Shown piece after piece: positions 1 through 13,700 of a stretch of 64,000 nucleotides of DNA. The translations under genes and the position numbers were made by a program. The stretch spans positions 27,280,001 to 27,344,000 of the forward strand of contig OZ004607.1 of NCBI GenBank assembly GCA_963924565.1, given 5' to 3'. Source of the stretch: Ascidiella aspersa. Its lineage: Eukaryota. Within the stretch, counting starts at the first letter, position 1. Each line of letters opens with the position of its first letter. Below the pieces are notes generated by a model. It worked only from the letters and a program-made list of their open reading frames with translations, ran no database searches and was not told where the DNA came from.

Positions 1-3000
1 ATCTTGTCATGCAAACGCTACTTGCAACAACACTGAAGGATCATTTACCTGTGAATGTAACGTTGGTTATACCGGCGATGGACAATCGTGTTCTGGTAAG
101 GATTACACTTTTTTATTATTTAAAAAAATGTTGTTGTTGATTTGTACCAAAAGCATTTTAATTGCAAAATTTCTTAATTAGATATCAATGAATGTAGCCT
201 GAGTGGATCTTGTCATGCAAACGCTACTTGCAACAACACTGAAGGATCATTTACCTGTGAATGTAACACTGGTTATACCGGCGATGGACACTCGTGTTCT
301 GGTAAGGATAACTTATTTTTATTGATTTCAAAGCCATTTCCGTAGACTTGTGCAAAAGCATATTTTAAACAAATTTCTTAATTAGATATCAATGAATGTA
401 GCCTGAGTGGATCTTGTCATGCAAACGCTACTTGCAACAACACTGAAGGATCATTTACCTGTGAATGTAACGTTGGTTATACCGGCGATGGACAATCGTG
501 TTCTGGTAAGGATTAGACTTTTTTATTATTTAAAAAAATGTTGTTGTTGATTTGTACCAAAAGCATTTTAATTGCCAAATTTCTTAATTAGATATCAATG
601 AATGTAGCCTGAGTGGATCTTGTCATTCAAACGCTACTTGCAACAACACTGAAGGATCATTTACCTGTGAATGTAACGTTGGTTATACCGGCGATGGACA
701 ATCGTGTTCTGGTAAGGATTAGGATTTTTTATTGATTTTAAAGCTGTTGTTGGTGATTTTTACCAAAAGCATTTTAATTACCAAATTTCTTAATTAGATA
801 TCAATGAATGCATGATCAGTGGATCATGTCATGCAAACGCTACTTGCAACAACACTGAAGGATCATTTTCCTGTGAATGTAACACTGGTTATACCGGCGA
901 TGGACAATCGTGTTCTGGTAAGGATTAGACTTTTTTATTGATTTTAAAGCTGTTGTTGGTGATTTTTACCAAAAGCATTTTAATTACCAAATTTCTTAAT
1001 TAGATATCAATGAATGCATGATCAGTGGATCATGTCATGCAAACGCTACTTGCAACAACACTGAAGGATCATTTTCCTGTGAATGTAACACTGGTTATAC
1101 CGGCGATGGACAATCGTGTTCTGGTAAGGATTAGACTTTTTTATTGTTTTTGAAACTGTTGTTGTTGATTTGTACCAAAAGCATTTTAATTACCAAATTT
1201 CTTAATTAGATATCAATGAATGCATGATCAGTGGATCATGTCATGCAAACGCTACTTGCAACAACACTGAAGGATCCTTTACCTGTGAATGTAACGTTGG
1301 TTATACCGGCGATGGACAATCGTGTTCTGGTAAGGATTAGGCTTTTTTTATTGATTTTAAAACTGTTGTTGTTGATTTATATCAAAAGCATTTTAATTAC
1401 CAAATTTCTTAATTAGATATCAATGAATGCATGATCAGTGGATCATGTCATGCAAACGCTACTTGCAACAACACTGAAGGATCATTTACCTGTGAATGTA
1501 ACGTTGGTTATACCGGCGATGGACAATCGTGTTCTGGTAAGGATTAGGCTTTTTTTATTGATTTTAAAGCTGTTGTTGGTGATTTTTACCAAAAGCATTT
1601 TAATTACCAAATTTCTTAATTAGATATCAATGAATGCATGATCAGTGGATCATGTCATGCAAACGCTACTTGCAACAACACTGAAGGATCATTTACCTGT
1701 GAATGTAACGTTGGTTATACCGGCGATGGACAATCGTGTTCTGGTAAGGATTACACTTTTTTATTATTTAAAAAAATGTTGTTGTTGATTTGTACCAAAA
1801 GCATTTTAATTGCAAAATTTCTTAATTAGATATCAATGAATGTAGCCTGAGTGGATCTTGTCATGCAAACGCTACTTGCAACAACACTGAAGGATCATTT
1901 ACCTGTGAATGTAACACTGGTTATACCGGCGATGGACACTCGTGTTCTGGTAAGGATAACTTATTTTTATTGATTTCAAAGCCATTTCCGTAGACTTGTG
2001 CAAAAGCATATTTTAAACAAATTTCTTAATTAGATATCAATGAATGTAGCCTGAGTGGATCTTGTCATGCAAACGCTACTTGCAACAACACTGAAGGATC
2101 ATTTACCTGTGAATGTAACGTTGGTTATACCGGCGATGGACAATCGTGTTCTGGTAAGGATTAGACTTTTTTATTATTTAAAAAAATGTTGTTGTTGATT
2201 TGTACCAAAAGCATTTTAATTGCCAAATTTCTTAATTAGATATCAATGAATGTAGCCTGAGTGGATCTTGTCATGCAAACGCTACTTGCAACAACACTGA
2301 AGGATCATTTACCTGTGAATGTAACGTTGGTTATACCGGCGATGGACAATCGTGTTCTGGTAAGGATTAGGATTTTTTATTGATTTTAAAGCTGTTGTTG
2401 GTGATTTTTACCAAAAGCATTTTAATTACCAAATTTCTTAATTAGATATCAATGAATGCATGATCAGTGGATCATGTCATGCAAACGCTACTTGCAACAA
2501 CACTGAAGGATCATTTTCCTGTGAATGTAACACTGGTTATACCGGCGATGGACAATCGTGTTCTGGTAAGGATTAGACTTTTTTATTGATTTTAAAGCTG
2601 TTGTTGGTGATTTTTACCAAAAGCATTTTAATTACCAAATTTCTTAATTAGATATCAATGAATGCATGATCAGTGGATCATGTCATGCAAACGCTACTTG
2701 CAACAACACTGAAGGATCATTTTCCTGTGAATGTAACACTGGTTATACCGGCGATGGACAATCGTGTTCTGGTAAGGATTAGACTTTTTTATTGTTTTTG
2801 AAACTGTTGTTGTTGATTTGTACCAAAAGCATTTTAATTACCAAATTTCTTAATTAGATATCAATGAATGCATGATCAGTGGATCATGTCATGCAAACGC
2901 TACTTGCAACAACACTGAAGGATCCTTTACCTGTGAATGTAACGTTGGTTATACCGGCGATGGACAATCGTGTTCTGGTAAGGATTAGGCTTTTTTTATT

Positions 3001-6000
3001 GATTTTAAAACTGTTGTTGTTGATTTATATCAAAAGCATTTTAATTACCAAATTTCTTAATTAGATATCAATGAATGCATGATCAGTGGATCATGTCATG
3101 CAAACGCTACTTGCAACAACACTGAAGGATCATTTACCTGTGAATGTAACGTTGGTTATACCGGCGATGGACAATCGTGTTCTGGTAAGGATTAGGCTTT
3201 TTTTATTGATTTTAAAGCTGTTGTTGGTGATTTTTACCAAAAGCATTTTAATTACCAAATTTCTTAATTAGATATCAATGAATGCATGATCAGTGGATCA
3301 TGTCATGCAAACGCTACTTGCAACAACACTGAAGGATCATTTACCTGTGAATGTAACGTGGGTTATACCGGCGATGGACAATCGTGTTCTGGTAAGGATT
3401 AGGCTTTTTTTATTGATTTTAAAGCTGTTGTTGGTGATTTTTACCAAAAGCATTTCAATTACCAAATTTCTTAATTAGATATCAATGAATGCATGATCAG
3501 TGGATCATGTCATGCAAACGCTACTTGCAACAACACTGAAGGATCATTTACCTGTGAATGTAACACTGGGTATACCGGCGATGGACAATCGTGTTCTGGT
3601 AAGGATTAGACTTTTTTATTATTTTTAAAACTGTTGTTGTTGATTTGTACCAAAAGCATTTCAATTGCCAAATTTCTTAATTAGATATCAATGAATGTAG
3701 CCTGAGTGGATCTTGTCATGCAAACGCTACTTGCAACAACACTGAAGGATCATTTACCTGTGAATGTAACGTTGGTTATACCGGTGATGGACAATCGTGT
3801 TCTGGTAAGGATTTGACTTTTTTATTATTTTTAAAACTGTTGTTGTTGATTTGTACCAAAAGCATTTCAATTGCCAAATTTCTTAATTAGATATCAATGA
3901 ATGCATCCTCAGTGGATCATGTCATGCAAACGCTACTTGCAACAACACTGAAGGATCATTTACCTGTGAATGTAACACTGGTTATACCGGCGATGGACAA
4001 TCGTGTTCTGGTAAGGATTACTTATTTTTATTGATTTCAAAGCCATTGCCGTAAACTTGTGCAAAAGCGTATTTTAAACAAATTTCTTAATTAGATATCA
4101 ATGAATGCATCCTCAGTGGATCATGTCATGCAAACGCTACTTGCAACAACACTGAAGGATCATTTACGTGTGAATGTAACGTTGGTTATACCGGCGATGG
4201 ACAATCGTGTTCTGGTAAGGTTTAGGCCTTTTTATTGATTTTAAAGATGTTGTTGGTGATTTCTACCAAAAGCATTTTAATTACCAAATTTCTTAAATAG
4301 ATATCAATGAATGCATGATCAGTGGATCATGTCATGCAAACGCTACTTGCAACAACACTGAAGGATCATTTACCTGTGAATGTAACGTTGGTTATACCGG
4401 CGATGGACAATCATGTTCTGGTGAGGTTTAGGCTTTTTTATTGATTTTAAAGCTGTTGTTGGTGATTTCTACCAAAAGCATTTTAATTACCAAATTTCTT
4501 AAATAGATATCAATGAATGCATGATCAGTGGATCATGTCATGCAAACGCTACTTGCAACAACACTGAAGGATCATTTACCTGTGAATGTAACACTGGTTA
4601 TACCGGCGATGGACAATCGTGTTCTGGTAAGGATTAGACTTTTTTATTATTTTTAAAATGTAGTTGTTGATTTTTACCAAAAGCATTTTAATTACCAAAT
4701 TTTTTAATTAGATATCAATGAATGCATGATCAGTGGATCATGTCATGCAAACGCTACTTGCAACAACACTGAAGGATCATTTTCCTGTGAATGTAACACT
4801 GGTTATACCGGCGATGGACAATCGTGTTCTGGTAAGGATTATACTTTTTTATTGATTTTAAAGCTGTTGTTGTTGATTTTTACCAAAAGCATTTTAATTA
4901 CCAAATTTTTTAATTAGATATCAATGAATGCATGATCAGTGGATCATGTCATGCAAATGCTACTTGCAACAACACTGAAGGATCATTTACCTGTGAATGT
5001 AACACTGGTTATACCGGCGATGGACAATCGTGTTCTGGTAAGGATTATACTTTTTTATTGATTTTAAAGCTGTTGTTGTTGATTTGTACCAAAGGCATTT
5101 TAATTGCCAAATTTCTTAATTAGATATCAATGAATGTAGCCTGAGTGGATCTTGTCATGCAAACGCTACTTGCAACAACACTGAAGGATCATTTACCTGT
5201 GAATGTAACGTTGGTTATACCGGCGATGGACAATCGTGTTCTGGTAAGGATTAGGTTTTTTTTATTGATTTTAAAGCTGTTGTTGTTGATTTTTACCAAA
5301 AGCATTTTAATTACCAAATTTCTTAATTAGATATCAATGAATGTAGCCTGAGTGGATCTTGTCATGCAAACGCTACTTGCAACAACACTGAAGGATCATT
5401 TACCTGTGAATGTAACGTTGGTTATACCGGTGATGGACAATCGTGTTCTGGTAAGGATTTGACTTTTTTATCATTTTTAAAACTGTTGTTGTTGATTTGT
5501 ACCAAAAGCATTTCAATTGCCAAATTTCTTAATTAGATATCAATGAATGCATCCTCAGTGGATCATGTCATGCAAACGCTACTTGCAACAACACTGAAGG
5601 ATCATTTACCTGTGAATGTAACACTGGTTATACCGGCGATGGACAATCGTGTTCTGGTAAGGATTACTTATTTTTATTGATTTCAAAGCCATTGCCGTAA
5701 ACTTGTGCAAAAGCGTATTTTAAACAAATTTCTTAATTAGATATCAATGAATGCATCCTCAGTGGATCATGTCATGCAAACGCTACTTGCAACAACACTG
5801 AAGGATCATTTACGTGTGAATGTAACGTTGGTTATACCGGCGATGGACAATCGTGTTCTGGTAAGGTTTAGGCTTTTTTATTGATTTTAAAGCTGTTGTT
5901 GGTGATTTCTACCAAAAGCATTTTAATTACCAAATTTCTTAAATAGATATCAATGAATGCATGATCAGTGGATCATGTCATGCAAACGCTACTTGCAACA

Positions 6001-7713
6001 ACACTGAAGGATCATTTACCTGTGAATGTAACGTTGGTTATACCGGCGATGGACAATCATGTTCTGGTAAGGTTTAGGCTTTTTTATTGATTTTAAAGCT
6101 GTTGTTGGTGATTTCTACCAAAAGCATTTTAATTACCAAATTTCTTAAATAGATATCAATGAATGCATGATCAGTGGATCATGTCATGCAAACGCTACTT
6201 GCAACAACACTGAAGGATCATTTACCTGTGAATGTAACGTTGGTTATACCGGCAATGGACAATCGTGTTCTGGTAAGGATTAGACTTTTTTATTGTTTTT
6301 AAAACTGTTGTTGTTGATTTGTGCCAAAAGCATTTTAATTGCCAAATTTCTTAATTAGATATCAATGAATGCATGATCAGTGGATCATGTCATGCAAACG
6401 CTACTTGCAACAACACTGAAGGATCATTTACCTGTGAATGTAACGTTGGTTATACCGGCGATGGACAATCGTGTTCTGGTAAGGATTGGGCTTTTTTATT
6501 GATTTTAAAGCGGTTGTTGTTGATTTTTACCAAAAGCATTTTAATTACCAAATTTCTTAATTAGATATCAATGAATGCATGATCAGTGGATCATGTCATG
6601 CAAACGCTGCTTGCAACAACACTGAAGGATCATTTACCTGTGAATGTAACGTTGGTTATACCGGCGATGGACAATCGTGTTCTGGTAAGGTTTAGGCTTT
6701 TTTATTGATTTTAAAGCTGTTGTTGTTGATTTCTACCAAAAGCATTTTAATTACCAAATTTCTTAAATAGATATCAATGAATGCATGATCAGTGGATCAT
6801 GTCATGCAAACGCTACTTGCAACAACACTGAAGGATCATTTACCTGTGAATGTAACACTGGTTATACCGGCGATGGACAATCGTGTTCTGGTAACGATTA
6901 GACTTTTTTATTGTTTTTGAAACTGTTGTTGTTGATTTGTACCAAAAGCATTTTAATTGCCAAATTTCTTAATCAGATATCAATGAATGTAGCCTGAGTG
7001 GATCTTGTCATGCAAACGCTACTTGCAACAACACTGAAGGATCATTTACCTGTGAATGTACCGTTGGTTATACCGGCGATGGACAATCGTGTTCTGGTAA
7101 GGATTAGGCTTTTTTATTGGTTTTAAAACTGTTGTTGTTGATTTTTACCAAAAGCCTTTTAATTACCAAATTTCTTAATTAGATATCAATGAATGCATGA
7201 TCAGTGGATCATGTCATGCAAACGCTACTTGCAACAACACTGAAGGATCATTTACCTGTGAATGTAACACTGGTTATACCGGCGATGGACAATCGTGTTC
7301 TGGTAAGGATTAGACTTTTTATTGTTTTTAAAACTGTTGTTGTTGATTTGTACCAAAAGCATTTTAATTACCAAATTTCTTAAATAGATATCAATGAATG
7401 TAACCTGAGTGGATCTTGTCATGCAAACGCTACTTGCAACAACACTGAAGGATCATTTGCCTGTGAATGTAACGTTGGTTATACCGGCGATGGACAATCG
7501 TGTTCTGGTAAGGATTAGGCTTTTTTATTGGTTTTAAAACTGTTGTTGTTGATTTTTACCAAAAGCATTTTAATTACCAAATTTCTTAAATAGATATCAA
7601 TGAATGCATGATCAGTGGATCATGTCATGCAAACGCTACTTGCAACAACACTGAAGGATCATTTACCTGTGAATGTAACGCTGGTTATAGAGGCGATGGA
7701 CATTCTTGTTCTG
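1..7713 (+). repeat. Tandem array of 38 ~204-207-bp units, each a 120-bp phase-1/1 calcium-binding EGF exon plus an 84-87-bp intron
   Basis: Exons start at 182, 386, 592, 798, 1004, 1210, 1417, 1624, 1830, 2034, 2240, 2446, 2652, 2858, 3065, 3272, 3479, 3685, 3891, 4095, 4301, 4507, 4712, 4918, 5124, 5331, 5537, 5741, 5947, 6153, 6359, 6565, 6771, 6977, 7183, 7388, 7594. Consensus DINEC(MI/SL/IL)[22 protein letters not shown](V/T)[10 protein letters not shown]. Introns run GTAAG...AATTAG. The array continues beyond the left edge. Confidence 0.97.
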
Positions 7714-10700
7714 GTAACATTTTTCTTTTGAATTTCGTTTGTTTTCATTACAAATGAATTTTTTTAAATACATTTTATTTTCCACGCTTAGTTTTGTGGT
7801 TTAGTCGTTCTTTTTTTGGTTGTATTTAATATTGTTTTCAAATAGATGTTGACGAATGTAGTTTTGAACTGAGTGTATGCAATCTTTCCATATCTTTTTG
7901 TGTTAATCACATCGGAAGTTACAGCTGCCTTTGCTTATCAACTGCTTCGTCTTCAAACTGTTCAAGTTAGTTTTTCAACTTTGTTAATTACTTTTGCTTG
8001 CCTTTTTAATTTCCATGTTTCCTTATTCTATTTTGTATTTAACTTCTTTGTTTCTAGCTGTTCATGGCTGAAAAGAAGTCTGTAACTGCTAATTTTTAAA
8101 AAGTGTGTTTGCGAATTGTCAACCGTTGTTTTTGTGTAAACCTAGTTGGAACGCGTTTCGCCGTTACTCTCGCGAACCGCAGCTACACCGAGCAATTCGC
8201 CAATCTCTCCAATCCTCAGGCTTTCCAACTTGCCAGTACCTTGCAACCAGTGTTAAGTCGTGCCTTTAGAAGCGACGTGCGGATGATCGGCTTTCAAAAC
8301 GGTAGTCTCGTTGCAATGTAAGTGTTTTTGTCCGTTTTTACGGGTTGATAGCTACTCCCTAGTCTTTATCAAGACCCATAGGGCATAGATACGATTTCGT
8401 GGTGTTTTCAGGGTTGTTTAAAGCTATGTTCTAACTATTTAAGATAATTGGTTTCTCGTTTCAACCCTTGATAAAAAAAACAGGCTACTGTATCATGTTT
8501 CCGTCATGTACAAATATTAGATTCAAGGGCCAGTGATTTTTAGGAAGGCGCATGCTGTATTCCTTGGAAATTTGCAACAAAGATTGGCAGCAACTTATCA
8601 CTGTAGACATTTATGTATTGTAGCAGCAATCTGCACAAAAAGAACCCTGCACAGCAGCAGCAGCAGCTTGCTAACTCAAACATTCACTTTTTGTGCAGAT
8701 TCGTTGTGATTCATAACGGCAGCACAACATCGCAATTCCTGATTCAGTCCTTTACTACGTGGAAGTCCGAGAATCCAGCTTTGGCGACGATATTCGATGG
8801 AAAGCCGGTAGAATGTAAGTTTAGCGCAATGTCAATGTACAACGTGCTTTTATTTGTTGTTGCTCCTATTTATGAAATGAGATAACTTTAAAGTATTATG
8901 CCAACCAACGCTACATGAAAATATTTACGGTAAGGTGTTCAAGCAATCGTTTGACGCCACACTGAAAAAAAACAGGAACATAAGTCAACGAATCCATACT
9001 TAAAAGTCTTAGATTGTAAGCTCATTGATGTTACCTATACAAGCTTACTTCGTGAAACTGAAAGCAAATACTGGCTACGTCTGACCTTCGCCGGTCGTGT
9101 TGTAATTGCCACCGCTTTTCTTCTACAGTTTTCCCTAACCCCTGTGCATCCTCACCCTGTGGCAGCGGCGGAACTTGCAGCAAGTTTGGCTTAACGTTTA
9201 AGTGCTCGTGTCGGGACGGATTCTCAGGAGACCGTTGTCAGCTTGGTAAGAAACCGGGACGGATGGGCTGGCGCTTTCGAGTAATTTCACCCTAATTTCG
9301 CGTCTATAGGACACTTGTCCCAAACAAAGTCCTTTCGAGTGTGTTTTTATTGCGCCACAGTTGTACACCTTTATGTTAAAGTATTTCAATACGGTGGTGT
9401 AGGTTGGCAATATTCATGCAAAATACGAAACTGATTTAAGGTTTCGTTGGTGTCGTGACGCAGTTTATTAAGCCAAACCAAAATATACTTAAGCGTAAAA
9501 TCCTACCATCATAAATTAGGCAAAAAAGAAGAAGAAGGTGCAGGGCATCCATCTCATTAAACTTGCTAAATATTTTCTGAAATTCTTGTATTTTGTTGAT
9601 TTTAAAATTGTTATTATTTTTGTGATATCTTAACAGTTGTAAAAAACTTAATTCACTAAAAAACTCGCCTGACCTGCAAAATGTTAAAAAAAATTAAAAA
9701 CAAATAAGAAAATTGGACACCAAGAGACCTATCAGAGGCTTGCGTAAGTTGAACATGAGCTAAAGTCACCATAGCTCGTTAAATACCCGCTTGTTTTGGT
9801 CCCTCGCAGTCGACCACTGCCACTTCAAGACCTGTGCTTCTCAAGCCACTTGCACCAACCTCAATTCTACAGCCGCGTGCACTTGCCGTCCTCTGCATAA
9901 AGGCGACCCCGAAGTGTTGTGCGAACGTAAGTCGTCTCAAGTAAACTTACCGAAAGCGGTGTTTTCAATTTTGAACCGCTTATGGTCTTCGCTTTATATC
10001 CCTGGACCCGTTTTGTGTTTTGTTCGATTTCCCGACAGAATTTCAGTCAAGTTTCCATCTCTTTTTAAGGCTTAACTTTTACGCGAAGTGTTAAAAGACT
10101 GTGCGAAGATCGAGAGAATTGCTTAACAATTTCAACTGTCACATATAAGACTGCAAAAAGTTACTTAGACTTGTTATTCCGTAACAATGTTGAGTTACTA
10201 TTTACAAACAGCATCCGCTGAGCCTTCTTAGCTTTGGCTCTTCTTTAGGCATTGCCCGGGTCGATAAACTACGTAACACAATACTTGGCTTTTGTTCCGC
10301 TACAAGATTAACTAAGCTAATCTTGTGTTATTAATTATATTTTTTTAGCCTACTGCTTAAGCCAGAATGTGTCGACATACTCGTTTGCTGAAACCTGGGT
10401 AGGGCAAGTCGCCTATTCCACACAAAAGTGTCCGCAAGGTAAGAAGGCTTTTTTTATAATAGTGAAAGAAATAGTGTATAATATGACCGAAAGCAAACTA
10501 TTTGTTTCCCTCCTTAGCAAGATAAGTTATACTGAGTAAGTAGATTCTATACTTGTGCGGATACATGTCTTTCATAAGAATACAGTCTTTTAAATGGTAG
10601 CCAGTTTTTGGCTTAATTAGGTAATTTTTCGTCTAAATTGTTGCATATTATAATCCAACTGATGTTGATCAATTTCGTGACACTCATAATGACCTTAACG

Positions 10701-13700
10701 ACAATAAAACGTAATTAAATTTGTTTCGAAATGTCAAGGTCGTTCAAGGGCATCGATCGGATGTGTCGCCGGGCACACGTTCTCTCTAGCGTCCCTGACG
10801 GTGGTTGGATGCAGCAGCACGGTTACCACTTTGACCTCATCCAGTCCTGTTGAAGTAAGTTAAAGTGTCCGTAACGGGTATACTTTCTGCCATTTCTCCA
10901 AGGTCGGTACACCTTAAGATTTGTCTTTGTTTACAAAGGTATTTTTAGAAGTACATTTGCCTGATTTAAGTAATATGTTTATGATGGTCCGATACTTGCT
11001 ATTGTACTCAGATGTTAAGCAACACGATTCCAAAAGACATTACAATGGTCTAATAAATAAAATTGATCAAATTTGTTGGTCGTAATGGTAATGATTTTTT
11101 GCGGGTAATAGGCCAAATTTGCTTTTGTATTAAAAAAAGCCTATTTATCTTTGATTCTGCAATGTAATGTTTAAGTTCTCAGAAATTTACTTTTATAGCT
11201 CTTCATTGATCGCATAGCATCACTGCAACTTGGTAGCGGATACCCCCATATCACCAGTTACCTAATTGTGTTCTAACCTACAACCTCCTTCATTATTATC
11301 AAGATTAAACAAAGCCGAACTATGTACTTCTGATATTTCATTTATACTTTTTATTTTATAAAAACAATGAATTGCTATTGCAGAAAGAGAACGTGACAAG
11401 TGCAGAGGTCACCCAGTTCGCACAGCAACTGCAGCTGGTGACCTCCAGTGGTGGACTGAGCACAGCTGAAATCGACGACGTCATCGCTGCCACGAAAAAC
11501 ATCACCAGCGCGTCACAGAAGGGAAGCTTCGTCGTGAGTATTTTTGTACACTAAACTAAGTATCGGTCTACAATCAAAAATTTTACCTATGTTCCGAACT
11601 TTACGAAGAATTGAAGACTGATACACAGTAAACATGCAAAAAGAAATTAAACGAGTTATATCTTCATTATTTTATTACTTGACATAGTTTCGGACGGTAA
11701 GTTACGCCCTCCTATCGTCGACTGTTTTTCTTACGCGAAGGCTTTTTGAGTGGTTGCTAAATTAATATGCCGTCCCATGTCAGGTTAACTTTATCAAGGG
11801 TTTATCGCTAGCGAAAAAGAGATTTATCCAAAAAAGACGTTTTGTTATATCCTTCAATTTTGGCGTACATTCGTGTTTACAACCGCATTTTTGCGATGTT
11901 CGTGTTTACGACCTTGTGTATTCCATAAAAAGTTTGATTTAGCACCTTAGGTTTAGGAGTCGGTTCCAACCAACAAAGTTCGTATTTTGGCATCCTTAAA
12001 CTCGACCCACATCTCTTTTTTCGGGAACGACAAACGCTCGACCTAAAAAAGGGCAGAAAAAATCTCCAACGCTCGGCCCTGCTAGAATTCTGCGTTTTGA
12101 GACTTGTTTTTCTTTGCCTTTTGAAAAGGTGGTGCCTGAGACGTGGCAGAACCTCATGCTGGCCAGCAGCCACGCCGCTGACTCGCTGTCGCAGCAGGAT
12201 ACAAGCGAAGACCGGGAAAAGAGCAAGAAGGAGCTGCTTCAGGCTATCGAGGACCTCAGCGGAGTCGTGCAGCTTTCCGCCAACGACAGCGATGTTACGG
12301 TCGAGAGCGAGATCTTTGTCGGTTTGGTGAGTCGCCGTCACTTAAAGATAAGGTTCTCTTCTTGGTCGTTTCGAGCTAAGTCACGTTGTCAAAGTACGGC
12401 CACTACAATTGGACCTTATATGTGGCCCACATGGGTCATTAATAGAATTTGCGATATCCGTTACTTACGTTATCATAAGAACTGAATGGTACAAAATCGA
12501 AAAATTAATGAAATTAAAACTTCTACAGGTAATTCAAATTTAATAAAGGTAAGTTATGTACAGTTGCAATAAAAAGCTGCATATTTAAATTGCGACACAT
12601 TACAAATTACAAAATTTGAGAGTGATTTCAAATTTTTGCTTAAACGCTAAGTGTCTTAATACAATTGTTTATATACCATTATTAAGTAAAATCAATCAAT
12701 AAATATAGTCGTAAATCGCCTGTTGTTTTAATCACGTTTAATGGAAAATAACAACAAATCACGTTCAGAACCGCTAGCAAGGATGCCGCAATCTATTAAA
12801 CGTTTCTGTAGCTTGCCAAATTTCGAAAGGAGGATGGACAGTCGAGTTATGTGACTTACTTGCGGAAGTTTAACACAATGTTAAACAACATGCCATACAC
12901 GCGTTCTGTCACCTAAAAAACGGTTAACATGACAGCTTACCAAGAATCCTAAATGCGTGCGTGCTAGTTTCACGTGTATTTTGTTCATGAACTTTAAAAA
13001 AATGAAAAGGAAGTAGGTAAGGTTGTGACTCGATTCTTCCCCTTCGACCAAGAAGAGGTCGGGAATTCCTGAACAAAAGTCAGTAGTGGTCTGAGCCCAG
13101 TCCTCGCCAACCAGACAACCTGTCTCCACTAGGGAGCAGTTGCCGCCACGGAGGTAGGGCCCTGTAAACTGCATAAGGCAAAAGGAAAACGTTTTAACCT
13201 TTTGTTTGTGGTGGTAGTATTGGTAAGTAGTAATAAGTAGTCGTGAAGTAGTAAATGTTTAGTTATTTTAATATTTAGTTATACTGCTGAAAAAAAAACG
13301 GGTTTCCTAGGCAAAAAGTCAGGATTCTACTGAACCAGGCTAGACTCCACAAGAAGTAAACTTACCTTACAAAGCTACCAATTAACCCCCTCGCACCGAT
13401 GAAGCTCAAGAGCCAAACAGCGGAAAGTAACCTCTCGAACAATCGCGCAGGTCTCGTCTCTTTCTTCGAACGCCGGCAGAAGGCGAAGACGCTCGACCTC
13501 AGGCAGTCACTACGAGGTACAGAGGCACGACAACGGCAGCACGAGCACCGCTATCAACTTCGACCTCCCCGACAGTGTCGTGCAGAGCGCCATCAGCCAG
13601 AACTCGACCCAGCTCACCGTTCTCTTCTTCAAGACGGACACCCTCTTTCCAAGCGGCGAGAATGCAACGCAGGTGAGTGATTTTTTTTTCATTAGATTTC

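Noticed and set aside
1231-5330. Repeated 61-aa ORFs [15 protein letters not shown]...
   Set aside because: Shifted reading frame of the EGF exon running into the intron; they start at GTG and appear only where the intron is 87 bp.
1-7713. CRISPR-like repeat/spacer array or non-coding satellite
   Set aside because: The constant part is a 120-bp EGF exon, and the variable part is a GT-AG intron whose copies are homologous to each other. There are no cas genes and the context is eukaryotic.
11877-12341. 154-aa minus-strand ORF and similar antisense ORFs over aGPCR exons
   Set aside because: Shadow frames of GC-rich coding exons.
12985-13180. GC-richer intronic block resembling a retroelement 3' end
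   Set aside because: No diagnostic boxes, TSD or second copy in the window.
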